From contig CM052817.1 in assembly GCA_028534125.1 (NCBI GenBank), positions 2,172,001 through 2,236,000 of the forward strand: DNA of 64,000 nucleotides, given 5' to 3'. Under the pieces are notes generated by a model. It was not told the DNA's origin. It saw only the letters and a list, made by a program, of their open reading frames with translations, and made no database searches. The stretch comes from Lama glama. Its lineage: Eukaryota. Numbering within the stretch: the stretch's first letter is position 1; every line of letters starts with the position of its first letter. The translations under genes and the position numbers were made by a program. Below are positions 24,961-36,829 of this stretch, one piece after another.

Positions 24961-26591
24961 CACTGACCAGGAGGTTAGTTTCATCCTTGGGTCATGAGCC
25001 TGGACAATTTCTCCCCAAAAGGAGTGACAGCGGGCTCCCAGAACTCAAGACCTACACTCCCTGAGGATATTACCCTCTGTGGGGTCCCAGAGCCCAGGAC
25101 AGTGCCTGGTGCACGAGAGAGGAACGAATGAATGAGTGAGGTGTGCACCTCACGTCCAGGGTGTGTGACTCTGGCCAGCAGCCCGTGGGGGCCCTGGAAG
25201 TTCCCTGGCAGCACCATAGGGCTGTCTGGCCTTTGAGCACCAGCTGGACCCCAGCTTACCCCCGGTTTTCCATCAGGGAGCCGGCCCTGGCCTCGGGCAC
25301 ATGGACACGAGTTCTGGGGGTCCCCCAGGGTCCTGAGGACAGCAGCCCCTCCCATGAGGTGTGACTCACCCTCATCTCAGGAGTCACTGCTGCCGTCAAA
25401 TGAGTCACCCCAACAAACACACAGCATTTGTCCTTTTTCTTATCAGTGTCTATTTTTAAAACCCCGTCCTTTCATTTCTGTGGTAATTTGGGGCCTCTTT
25501 TTACTAGAACGGTCAGCTCTTGTATGAATTTTACGCTCGTTGAAAATGATGGGCTTAAAATGTTTGTAAAACTCAAGGCTCATTCCAGACACCGCGCAGC
25601 GTGAACGTGGGTGACCGAGGCCTCACCACCCCTGCGGCCCCTGGCCCCGGGCCGGGCTGTGTGCTGGGGGTCGGGCCTGTCCACAGACCCCTGCCCAGAC
25701 CAGAGGGGCTTCTTTATGTCCTTGAAGAGACCCAGCTCTGACAAAGCCGCAGCATGGCCTGATTCTCCCTCTGCTAACTGGGGGAGGGGCTTTCTAGGAA
25801 ACAGCTTTGGTGCGTTCACGGGGGCTGCTTGCTCTCTGGGAGGGTCCCTGGGCCTCGATCACAGCCCCGTCCCAGTGGACGACACAGCAGACACACCTGT
25901 GCGCAGCTGGGGGCAGTGGCTCATGCCCCCCATTCCCACGCTGTCCCTGGAGCCTGGGGGGTCTGGGGGAGCCTGGGGGGCCTGGGGCCCGGGGATGGAG
26001 AGTGGACCGTCTGTGGGAGGACCCATAGCTCTCGGCCCCGGGGCCAGCAGGGCTTGGGGGGAACGTGGCCCATGGGGATGAGCTCAGCCCAGCCCTGAGC
26101 CCCAGGACACCCGCGACACTGGTGTTTGGTGAGCCCCACTGCGTGCCAGCCGCCGCCTCTCTCTCGATTCTCAAGGCCTCCCTGAGGCCGCGACCTTCCC
26201 CATCGTGTGATTTACGGGGGGTGCTCTCAGGACCGGGGGAGGAGGGGAGCAGGACCTGGCATAGAAGCCAGAAAGCAGTCTTGGCTGACCCCTCGGGGAG
26301 CAGGTGTGAGAGCTGGGCTGCCCCGCTGTAGCCCCAAGGGGTCAGCCGCGCGCCAGGCCTGCTGGAACTGGAGGATGGCCTCCCTGGGCCGGTGCCCCTT
26401 TCAGTGGAGGGCATCACTCTGGGGACAGAGCAGCTGTGAGTGATCAGCTGACACCCCAGCAGCTAAGGGGGGGCCCCACTGTCTACCCCACATCTATATA
26501 CATCTCTGAATTCACGTGTAAAAATATGCTTTCTGCTATAAAAATACATATGTACTACTGAAAAATTGGAATGTATAGAAAACTATGAGGG

Positions 26592-26632
26592 AAAGAAAGA
26601 AAGAAAAAGAAAGGAATAAAGAAAGAAAGAAA
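26592..26632. repeat. (GAAA)n-rich tract within an old L1ME-like fragment
   Basis: The tract is read directly; flanks 26500-26700 resemble an antisense L1ME 3' end. Confidence 0.8.
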
Positions 26633-26734
26633 ATGTTGCAGAATTTCTTCATGTAGGAATAACCTATTGATTTTGAGATATACTTTAGTACAGCCTTTAC
26701 ATTTTTTAAAATATTAAATTATATATATATAAAT

Positions 26735-27622
26735 TTTAAGCTCTTAACCCCTTCACTCATTTTTTCCATCCTCCCCTCTGCCCCAGTAACCACCAATCTA
26801 TTCTCTGTATCTATGAACTTGTATTGTTTGTTTGTTTGTTTTTATTTTTGTTTTTAGATCCGCACATGAGTGAGACCACATGGTGTTTGTCTTCTCTGTC
26901 TGACTTACTTCACTTAGCATAATGACCTCGCGGTCCATCCATGTTGTCACAGTTGGCAAGGTTTCATTCTTTTTTATGGCTGAGTAATATTCCATGTATG
27001 TATGCACCACGTCCTTATCCTTTCATCCACTGATGGACACAGGGGTTGCTTTTATGTCTCGGCTGTTGTGAATGATGCTTCAGTGAGCATGGGGGTGCAG
27101 ATATCTTCCCGAGTTAGTGTTTTTATTTTCTTTGGATAAGTACTCAAAAGTGAAGTTGCTGGGTCACAGGGCGGTTCTATTTTTAATTTTTTTGAGGAAC
27201 CTCCATACCTTCTCCACAGCAGCTGCACCAGTTTACATTCCCACCGACAGAGCATGAGGGTCCCAGTTTCTCCACATCCTTACCAGCCCTTCTACCGTGC
27301 GCGAGGCGTTAGCTCACTGCAGTTTTCCCCGTAATGAGCGACGTGGAGCATTTTCATGTGCCTGCTGGCCATCTGTACGTCTTCTCTGGGAAAAATGTCT
27401 GTTCAGCTCCTCTGCCCGTTTTTCAGTTGGATTGTTCGTTTTCTTGCCTTTGAGTTGCACGAGTTCTTTATGCTTTTTGAATATTAGCCCTGGAGCAGAT
27501 ACGTTTTGCAAGTGTTTTCTCCCATCTGGTAGGTTGCCTTGTCATTCTGTTTTTGGTTCCTTTGCTGTGCAGAAGGTTTTCAGTTTGATGTCGTCCCACT
27601 TGTTTATTTTTGCTTTTGTGCC
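26735..27622 (-). mobile_element. L1MA9-like 3' UTR and ORF2 C-terminus
   Basis: Minus-strand ORFs CRWECKLVQLLW...IEPPCDPATSLL, MEYYSAIKKNE and [19 protein letters not shown]. Confidence 0.9.
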
Positions 27623-27695
27623 TTTTCTTCTGTCTTCTTATGTTGTTGCTTTTTGCTTGCGGTTCTACATGTTGTTTAGCCTTTTATTTGTTTAA

Positions 27696-28175
27696 TGTGT
27701 CTTCTGCCCGATGATGTACTACTGAGAACACCCTGCGTGTGGTGACTTTAAGGCATAATTGAAAAGACAGTACGATGACATGAGGCAGAGACTGATAAAT
27801 GGTGAGAGTGGCTGTGATCTGTCCCTGGGAGAATTATTGCCTTTTGATGCAAAAACAACCTACGACTCCTGTCATTGAATATAAGTTAGAACATCACTGG
27901 CAGGAAGTCGTTACTTGAGTGCCATGGCAATAAAAATGGACATGATGTGACTCAGTGTAATTTTTTTTAAGGGTAAAAACCAAAATATTCTGATCAGTGA
28001 TTGCTCCTGATGGGGTGGCCTTGCCTCCCAACTGGCTCAGAGACTGAAGAATCTGGCACCAGGTTGAAAAATAAGGTATCATTGGATGTGGAAGGAAATT
28101 CTCTCTGAAGTGCAAGGTCAGGTGCCAGGATGAACCATACATTATTTTAACCTAGAAGAGGACAATGTCAAGTGG
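27696..28175 (+). mobile_element. Candidate fossil piggyBac-family transposase C-terminus (pseudogenised)
   Basis: Manual translation gives VFCPMMYY*EHPACGDFKA*LKRQY, then TDKW*, DLSL/ENYCLL...VIEYKLE, and IAPDGVALPPNW...GCGRKFSLKCKVRC. These are colinear with piggyBac CP..YNxHMGGVD..DQL...Y, KKWW, DLAVVN.WLL, LLEFKLE, RYDGVGHWP and the Cys-rich domain. By-eye alignment only. Confidence 0.5.
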
Positions 28176-28329
28176 TCAGAAGCACATTTGGTAAAAAGTG
28201 CCGAGAGTCAGTGCAGGGAAGTGGACGGCCGAGCGGCACCAGCCTCACCGACCACGTGCTCCCACTGGGGCCCCAGCCCGGGTTTGGAGGACTGCATTCT
28301 TAGCTTTGCAATCATCCCTCAGTGGGTGG

Positions 28330-28950
28330 GGCTTATCTACAAATGAGTCTTTCCAGGAGGCTGTTGATGAGAAAGACAACGTGTCTGCTGTTACTCCCGG
28401 AGGCCCTTCTGATCTTGGGGACAGGAAGACAACCAGGCTGGGAACGGGGATCCTGGGTCCTTTTCCTGACCTCCCCTGACGGCGTTTGTTTCTCCGCCTG
28501 CTGCGCGCGGCATGGCGATTCTGGGTCGGGGACCTGTGCGGGTCTGGGTTCTCTTTTGAATCGGTTTGTTTATCCGTGTGTCCACGACCCTGGCCCGTCT
28601 CCCCGATGCCTGTGCCACCAGCCACAGGCGTCCGCTGCGGGTCACTGTTTGTCCCCCAGTTGCTCTGCCTGCCTCCTCGGAGCTCTGCCCCTCCCCATTG
28701 GACCTCAGCATCCCTTCTGGTCAAGGTCTCGCATCTCCCCCTTCCATCTGCCCCGCACCCCTGATTTTGTTTTCTCCTGTGTTGGTTCTGCATCCTTCTG
28801 GTTCCGGAGCGGTGCCGCCACCACCAGCTTTGCCCTCACATTAGCTCCTCTCTGTGTTGTTCACCGGGTCTCGCCTGCATCCCTCCGAAGGTTCCCAAAA
28901 CTGCGTCTCTGGCTCCCGTGACTAGCCATCTTCATGGCGTAGCTTCCTCT
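28330..28950 (-). mobile_element. Old L1M/HAL1 ORF1 remnant, GC-shifted
   Basis: ggctgttgatgagaaag and gggttctcttttgaatc match antisense ORF1 landmarks. Confidence 0.55.
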
Positions 28951-29937
28951 GAGGCTCCTAAGACGAGGTTCTGTCCGCCTTGATCTGCGGTGTTTTCCAA
29001 AGGCCCTGCGCAGGTGCCTTTTCTATTCCTGGTCCTTGGGTGAGAAAGAAACGGCCCAGACAGTTTGTCCACACTCAGGTGCACGGAAGGCCCTCGGGCC
29101 GGGGGTAGGACAGTCTCACCCCTTCGTTGGGCTCGGCTGTGCAGCTCCCGGGAGACACAGTCTGGGCTGGCTCTGCGGGGAGCCCGGGTCCCGCCTGCTG
29201 GGTGGACGGAGCACATGGTCAGGGTGGCTGCTCTGGACGCAGGGCCATTGGGGCTCTCCCTGCCTGTCACACGGTGGGGCCCTCTGGAGTCTGCAGGCGG
29301 ACCTGCATCCCCATTCAGGCCCATTACCCAGTATCCGCTCTTACGGGTGAACGTTCCGTCTCACTGCTCATAGCACAGTGTCTCCGCCTCGGTGGACTCC
29401 ACCCTCGCTGAGACGCATCTGTGACACGGGGGTGGGAGGACCGGTTGCTGTGGGCGTTTGTGTGGAGTGGGGCGTGAGGGCTGACTCAGACGGTGCCCGG
29501 CACCAGGGGGCTCTGGTGGCTCACCTCTTCCTCCCGGGGCGGGGGGGCCGGCCGCCCACCTGGCTCCTGGTCCCTCCTGGGATGCGACCCCTTCCTGCGG
29601 CCGCCCGCTGTCACTGCCTGGGGTGGGTTCGGCTCTCCACGTGTGCCGAGCTGGGTTCTACTCTGAGCTCTTCCCTGTTTGTGTTTTTGCCGCTCAGCCC
29701 CTTCCCGGACCCGAGCTGGAGCTTACCCCTCCCCAGCAGCCCGCCCACCCCTCAGGCATCCTCCACACTTCCTGGTGCCCCTTGACCCACCCTCCAGCAC
29801 TCTCCCCTCTGCGCCCTCATCGCCCCTGTCCTGGCCTGCCTCCCCCATCAGACCACAAGTCCCCAGAGCAGGGCTGGCTCCCGGCAGCACCCTCAGCAAC
29901 CAGCAGCCAGTCTGCCTTGTGGGGACCCGTGAACGCA

Positions 29938-30330
29938 CTTTTTAAAAAAATGTTAACTGTGGTGAAAACTCATAACTTGAAATTTACTGCTGTCATCATC
30001 TTAAGGGGACCGTTGAAGCGCCTGGTTCGGTGGCATTAAGTACATTCACATCACTGTGCAGCCATCACCACCACCTGCAACTCTTCATCCTGGAAATCAG
30101 AAACTGTCCCCGTGAGACACTCGCGCCCGTCGCCTCCCTCCTGCGGCCCCCGTTCTACTTTCTGTCCCTATGAACCTGACTCCTGTAGGGACCGCATGTG
30201 AGCGGAATCATGTCGGATTTGTCCTTTTGTGTCTGGGTTTTTTTTCTTTTTTCACTCAGCATAATGTCTTTAAGGTCCTTCCATGTTGTGGCATGAGTCA
30301 GAATTTCCTTTCTTTTAAGGCTGAATGTAT
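29938..30330 (-). mobile_element. L1MB-type 3' end
   Basis: gtggcattaagtacattcacatcactgtgcagccatcaccacc and cagaatttcctttcttttaaggctgaat. Confidence 0.85.
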
Positions 30331-31033
30331 ATGAATTGCATAATATATGCACAATATACTGAATACATTTTCGTTGTTTGCACACAGCCCCCTGAGATCA
30401 GCTTAGCCTCTGCTCGCACCCTCCCGGGAATGGGGAGCTCACGCGTCCCTGGCAGCTCCTGTGCTTAGCCTGCTCTCTATCTGCTGAGCTGTCCTGGCGC
30501 CGCGCTCTGGGGTCAAGGAGACATCTGCTCCTCCTGCCCCGTCACAGTCCTTCACACCCTGAGTCACTGAGGCTGCTCCGCCGTGGTCAGCCCGAGGCAC
30601 CGGGGTGGGCAGGCTCAGGCCCTGCCAGCCGCCCGGGGACACAGAGGCCTCGGCTGGCTCCCCCAGCCCCGTGCTGGTGTCTTGAGCAAGCTGGATGAGC
30701 CTTTGGGTTTGCTTGAGGCTGACTGGGGACCACGGAGCATGTTCTGTCTGGACTTTACTCCACGCTCTGAACAGGCCTGTGGACAGAGCTGCACGGTCGC
30801 CACCGGCCAGCCAGGGTCACCTGCGTGGTGGTGGTGAGTGTCACAGGCACCTGAGCTTTCCAGGAGCATCTCTAATGCCAGCGCCAGGAGCCCCGTGGCC
30901 TGTGGGGGCAACTGAAAGGGAGGGGGCTCAGCTCCTCCGAAGTCAGATGGCGAGAGTGCCGCCTCTGGGAGCATTCAAGAGGATTCTGGGGGCCCCGTGG
31001 TTCCTGCCTTTGGGTGGCAGTCAGCGAGGGTGG

Positions 31034-31432
31034 TGTCACGTGTTGAAGAGTGGCCTCTCACCAAATATGTCCACATTCCAGCCCCTGAACCTGCCAGCAG
31101 GACCTTATTTGGAAAAGAGTCTAGGTAGATGTTAAGGATCTAAAAATGAGGTCACTCTGGATTATCCAGATGAGCCCTAAATCCAATGACAAGTGTCCTT
31201 ATAAGAGAGGAGAAGAGAAGCCACAGCCACAGGGAACGGGGCCATGGGATGACGGGCGGGGATTGGGGTGATGCAGCTTGGAGCCGCCAGGAGCTGGAAG
31301 AGGCGGGAAGGACCCTCCCCTGGAGCCTCCAGAAGGAGGGCAGCTTTGGACCCGTGGCACCCAGAGCTGTGAGGGAGCTAATTCCGGTTGCTCTAAGCCT
31401 GCCAGTGCGTGGTCCTTTGTGGTGGCCCTGAG
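31034..31432 (+). mobile_element. MLT1C/D-type MaLR solo LTR
   Basis: gaccttatttggaaaagag, gttaaggatct, ccctaaatccaatgacaagtgtccttataagagag, ccctggagcctccagaagg. Confidence 0.88.
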
Positions 31433-32539
31433 AGGCCTCCCTGGGCCGGGGTCCCCACCTCCCACCGTCCTGGGGCCAGACTAGGGAGGAGGCCTCCGAA
31501 GGGGCTTCCCCAGGGCCCTGCGCCCAGCAGGGAGCCGTGTGGGAGGAGCACAGTGGCTCCAGAACATTCCAAAAGGTGGCAGTTTGTCATCCCCGGTTAA
31601 ACATGGGTCGCCGTGCTGGGCTCAGAACCCTGGAGCTGAGCCTCGCGGTGGGGGGGGGAGCGGGGGTTGTGTGTGTGTGTGTGTCAGTCAGAGGGCCCCG
31701 CCCCGCCGCCCTCTGGTGCTTCTGCGGTCCTCCCTCCGGGGCTGCCGGGAAGGAAAGACACAGCAACCTCAGCCTAATCGCTTCTGAAAAACGACTGCAT
31801 GACAGGATGTTTTGCAAGACATCAAATGATGTGGAAAACCAGGCGATGCCACTCGCCCCCAGGGCCAAGTGAGGTCGGAGTGTGCTGGAGGGAGGGCGAG
31901 GCCTGGGGCTCTGTGACCTCGGGCAGCGGCCCCTCCCTGGGCTTGACTGGGCAGCTGGGGGCCTGTCTCCGGATTTGTCATCTGTGCCACCGTGTGAAGG
32001 ACGGCTGCTGGGCCCAGCCAGACTGGGCAGGTGAGGACGTGACCACTGGTAAACGAAGATGGCTGGTGGGTCAGAGAGAAGCAGCAGGAAGAGCCAATGC
32101 TCCGAAGCTTGTCGCGGGCCCCAGACTGGCGTCACGTGTACCGACTCGTCCACCTGCGGGACGCCCGCAGGAGGGACCAGACACGGGCCGCTGGGGTGTG
32201 GGCAGGGGCGCCTCCACATGCTGAGTTGGGGGTGGGGTCTTGGGAGGAGGAGTCTGACCTCAAGCAGAGCACTGCTCCCCCCCGAGCCTCAGTTTCCCCT
32301 CTGTGCACAGAGGCCTTGGGCTCCATCCCTGTGCCCCCCCAGCTTTGGTCTACAACACAGTTTACAGGTTGCTGGCCTGGGGCCCAGATCCTTTTGCTCC
32401 TGCTGGCTGGTGGGAAGCACTGCAGAGCCCCCATCCCCCAGGACCCCTCATTTCTCCGCCAGGCATCTGCCAGGTACCCCAGCTTAACACTGTCAGAGAA
32501 TGGCTGGTCTCTTCTGCAGTCTGCCGCATGGGGGCTCCA

Positions 32540-33100
32540 CCCGGGACCCTGGACTGAACCTCAGTCCCTCCCACACCCAGCCCCACACCTGGCCGTCAGT
32601 GGTCTCAACTTTAAACGTCCCTGTTTCTCACCTCCTCCATCCATCAGCTTGGCCCCCTCCACCTTCACTTCTGCCTGGACTGCTCCTGTGGCCTGTCCCC
32701 CCAGTCTCCCAGGCCACCTGCCGTCCATCCAGATGATGGCCGGAGAGAGTGTCACTCCAGGGGGACAAATCCCTGACTTGGGGCTCCAGGCCTTGACCAG
32801 AGGAAGAAGCATCGGTGGCTCAGTGGCCGGCTCACAGTTGAGCTCACCTGCCTCAGGACCTTTGCACCTGCTGCTCGGCTCTGATTTCACACAACCTCTG
32901 TTCCCCTCGGTAGGTCCCTAAGCCAACGGCCTCCGTCAGCAAGGTCGTCCCTCCCTCTGATCCTGTTGCCGCCAGTGCCCACTCCTGCCTGGGCTCCCCT
33001 GCTGGCCTTGTTACTGTTTGTTTAGGTCTCCGAGCCCCAGGCCCAGGGAGCCTGCCTCCTGCGGGCTGCAGCATCTTTGGCAACTAGAACGGTGTCTGCA
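32540..33100 (+). mobile_element. L2 LINE fragment
   Basis: C/T-rich L2-like segments (cacttctgcctggactgc, gtgtcactcc, ggacctttgcacctgctg). Confidence 0.45.
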
Positions 33101-33127
33101 GATCAAAATGGTCTTCACAAACACTTG

Positions 33128-33276
33128 TTTATTTATTTACTATTGTATTATTTAATTGTTTTATTTTGGTGGGGGGTAATTAGGTTTATTTATTTTTAGA
33201 GTTGGTACTGGGGATTGAATCCAGGACCTCATGCATGCTAATCATGTGCTCTACACCTGAGCTACACACCCCCCTC
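33128..33276 (-). mobile_element. tRNA-Ala-derived SINE (camelid vic-1-like)
   Basis: The minus strand reads gtagctcaggtgtagagcacatgattagcatgcatgaggtcctggattcaatccccag (tRNA-Ala-like A/B boxes) plus an A-rich tail. TSD cacaaacacttg at 33116-33127 and 33277-33288. Confidence 0.92.
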
Positions 33277-35645
33277 CACAAACACTTGCTGAATGAGCAG
33301 CATGTGGTTGGAGAAATGAGAGGTCCCAGCAGGAGGAGCCCCTGGGTGTGGCCTAGCCCAGGCCTGGCGGGTGACTGAAGGGGAAACGGAGGCCCTGGGG
33401 GAGGAACGTGAGTGTCCTCCCCTGGGCTCCCACCTGTGTCCTCGTGGGTCCGCCCTGCCAAGTGGGGACAGGTTTCCATTTTCCAAGGGAGAAACAGGCC
33501 CGTGTGACACGGTTGACTCCTCGCCGTCCCTCTGGAAGCTCCAAAGACCGGGCTCTTTCTGCTGCCCTACAGGTCGGCAGGTCATCCGGGATGCTTGCAG
33601 GTGCTTGGGAGGCGCTGGCATGGCCAGATCAGCCTCCAGGAAGAATGGAGAGAGGCCCCCGCAGGTCCCGGCATGTTCCGGGGTGCCTCCTTGGCAGAGG
33701 CCCCTGATCCCCTTGCCTGGCCCGAGGAGGCTGCCCACCTGTGCGGAAGCTGGTGTGGCCCGGACCCGTGTTCCCCCCGGTTCTGGAACAGCTTCTCCCC
33801 CCGTCATGTCTGCTGCTCTGGGCAGCTCTCCCAGCCCCTGAGAGCTCCTGTCCAGGGACAAACACAGCTCGGACACCTGCTGGCCCTCTGGCTGCCCTGG
33901 CAGGTCCCAGCGGAGGGGGGGCCTCCTGCCACATGGCTGAGGTGTTTTGAGGGGGGACTTGCTGCTGCCTCAGGATCCTGGGTGACCCCCAAGACCTGCT
34001 CCTCCTCTGGGGACCCCCAGTGCATAAGAAGAGCGTGGCTCAAAGCTGGCGGGCCCCTCGCTGTCTCTGAGCCTGGGTCTTGTCGTCTGTGCTCCCAGCC
34101 TGGGGGCGTAAGGCCTGCCCTGCCCTGTCCTGCCCTCCTGACCTCATAAGTCACCGCCTAACGGGTCCCACTCCTGCCTCCTCAGATCCCAGTGTGACCC
34201 CGACCCTCCAGGGGTAAAGGCTGACATAGTCACCCGGCAGGGTCCTCTGCCCTTCTCTGTGAGGAGGGCCCAGGCTCGGGGTGAGTGACCAAGCAGGTCC
34301 CCTGTGCAGATACTGACCCCCCACTGCCCACCATGGCGTCAGTGTGAGTCCCTTCCAGTTGAAGACCTCGGCCTTTGGGGTCCTGCCCCTTCCTCTCTGC
34401 ACCCACCTACCCTGGTCTAGCCTGCCCCCGAGTCCTGCCCCTCTGCCTCACCTACACATCCCAAGCAGGGCCCTCCCACAGCCAGACACGCCCCCTCCCA
34501 GGTGACCCCAGGTCCTTTGCAGAGGCCCCTCCCCCAGCCCTCTTCCCCTTTCCAGCGTATGAACCAGGTCACATTCATACCTCCCCTGAGGAAAACCTCT
34601 CTCGTCCTCTGGCCCCACATAGAACCCAGCCGCAGCCCCCGGCCCCCTGCCCGCCTCCGCCCACTGAGCCGCAGGGCGCTCTTCCTGCCTCGCTCCTCCC
34701 CTGCCTGGGCCTGGTCCCCCTGCTCCCCCACCAGGACCTGCCTTTGCGGTTCTCCTGCCTGGAGCACGCCAGGCCCAGTCCCCACGGACACCCTCTCTGT
34801 GTCCTCTCCTGCGTCCCTCCACTTGGGCCCCACCCGCCCCTCTATGCACCTTAATCTGTTTTGTCGCACTTGCAGGCCTTTATCACTCCTGCAGTGCCCC
34901 CGTGTCCACCTTCACCAGGCACGTGCTTCCCATTAGGACCCAGACCCCAGGGCGGGGCTCCTGCGACTCCCCTCTCCTCCCCCACCCTCTGACCCATCCT
35001 TAGTAAATCCTCCGTCTCTACGATTTGATCCCAAATCTGAAAGGGCCCCACCCCCCCCACCTTCCCGGACCCGGGTCCAGGCTCTGATCCGATGACCCTG
35101 AAAGGCCCCTGGCTTTGCTCTGAGTGAACAAAGATCCCAGGTGGGGGATGGGTTACAGCAGAGATACGAGGCGTGTGACTCAAGACGTGCTCTGGTGAAC
35201 CTGTCACGGCTCAGCCATCCCAGGAGCAGTCGTGGCCCTTCTGTCTTCACATGTGCCACGTGCCCTCCGGTGTCTGTGTGGAGAGGTCATGAGTCTAGTC
35301 CAGCCTCTCGAGAGGAAGAAACTGAGGCAGAGAGTGGCATGATCCGACTGCCACCCCGGGTTCATCACTCCTGGTGGCGGGCGGGGCTGGGCTGCCGGCC
35401 TTCTGATCGGGTCAGGGCTGTGTCTCACCGTCTTTGCTCCCGTCAGTATGCACGGCGTTGGGGTCTGACACGCAACCCCTGGGGTGGGGGGAAGTTTTAC
35501 CAGAGCCGTGGGCAGGTCTGTGTCACCCCCAGGAGGCGTCTCTAACGGGGATCTCAGACACCAGGGTCAAAGGCGTGGCTGATAGGGCCTCATTCGCATG
35601 CTTGCTTCCATCACCCGCGTGGGAGGCACAGGGATGTCCCCAGCC

Positions 35646-35782
35646 CAGGGTCTGCAAGCATCCTTTGTGAGGGACCAGATAATAAGTATTTTGCGCTTTC
35701 GGGCCAGTCTCTGCTGCAACTGTCGCTGCGGTGCGAATGTGGCCATGGACAACCCATAAGAGAGTGGGAGTGGCTGTTGTCA
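35646..35782. mobile_element. MER58A-like hAT-Charlie fragment
   Basis: cagggtctgcaa...ggaccagataataagtattttgcgctttcgggcca...gtctctgctgcaact...gccatggacaa...gtggctgt. Confidence 0.8.
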
Positions 35783-36200
35783 GCACAGCTTCATCTGCAC
35801 CACGGAGCTCCAGCCCAGTTAGGGGATCTGAGTGCCACCGCCGCTGCACCAGTCCCACCGACTGGGGGCCTCGTAAACGCGGCGTGGGGAGCGCTGCCCG
35901 ACGCTGTCCTGTGTCTCGGAAGCTCTTCCAACGATGCGGTCTCTTCCCTGCCTTTGCTCGTGAGTCTGCCCTCCTGTTCTTCTCGGCGTCTGTGCCTGGC
36001 ACTTGCAGTGCTGCCTTCACGATCATCACTCATTCCCAGTCAGCCTGCTACCTGCTCCCCTCTGGGTTCCGGGCCCGGCTGGACTCAGCAGGCCGCGTCA
36101 GGTCCGCACACCGTGGCACTGGGGGGTGGGTGGGGTTGGGGTCAGGGGCGGTTGAAGGTGCTGCTGCTTTGCTAGGGGCGGCTGTTCTCTGAGGGTGTTT
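35783..36200 (-). mobile_element. Probable HAL1/L1 ORF1 remnant
   Basis: The minus ORF QVPGTDAEKNRR...RWHSDPLTGLELRG weakly matches ORF1p HRVPGKIDEKRP...IRLASDFSTATLEARR. Confidence 0.4.
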
Positions 36201-36829
36201 GAGATGTCAGATCACAAGTTCCATTTTCGGGCCTCCTGACCACCAGGTACCTGCTCCTGGGGGTTCTCCCTGAGGGCCCTCCGCAGACTCCCTGTCACTG
36301 GCCTCAGCCTTATCACGACTCAGCTCCACCCTTTGAAGCAGCGACTTTGAATGTTGGTGAAAAAGAGTTGGATCTCCTCCCCCATCAAAGCCAAGACGCA
36401 TACCCCCCAAATCTTTGGGCTCCAGCCCTTCTGTGAGTGGGGACAGCTACCTTGGTGGGGGTGCGGTGCTGAGCTCTCACTGGGCCGGGCCCAGAGCCGT
36501 GTGGCTGTGGCTGTGGCTGTGGTCGTGTGTGTGCTGGTGTCCTGCCGCTTTGACTTGGTGCGGTTTGGCCACGTGGCCGCCGTGGTCCTGACTGTGCCAG
36601 CGTTTCACGGTCATTACTGAGGACACTGGCATTCAGATGGACAGGTCTTATCATGACCATGTCTCTGCTGGGACGGAAGGTCGCAGCCCTGACCGCCCTG
36701 CTCTTCCAAACTCACCTCATCTCACCTTCGATCATTCATTGTCTCAAACTACCACATGGGAGGTCACGTGGGTGCCGTGTCCTGCTCTAGGCTCTGGGTG
36801 GTGACAGCAGTGAGACGGCAACATCCCAG

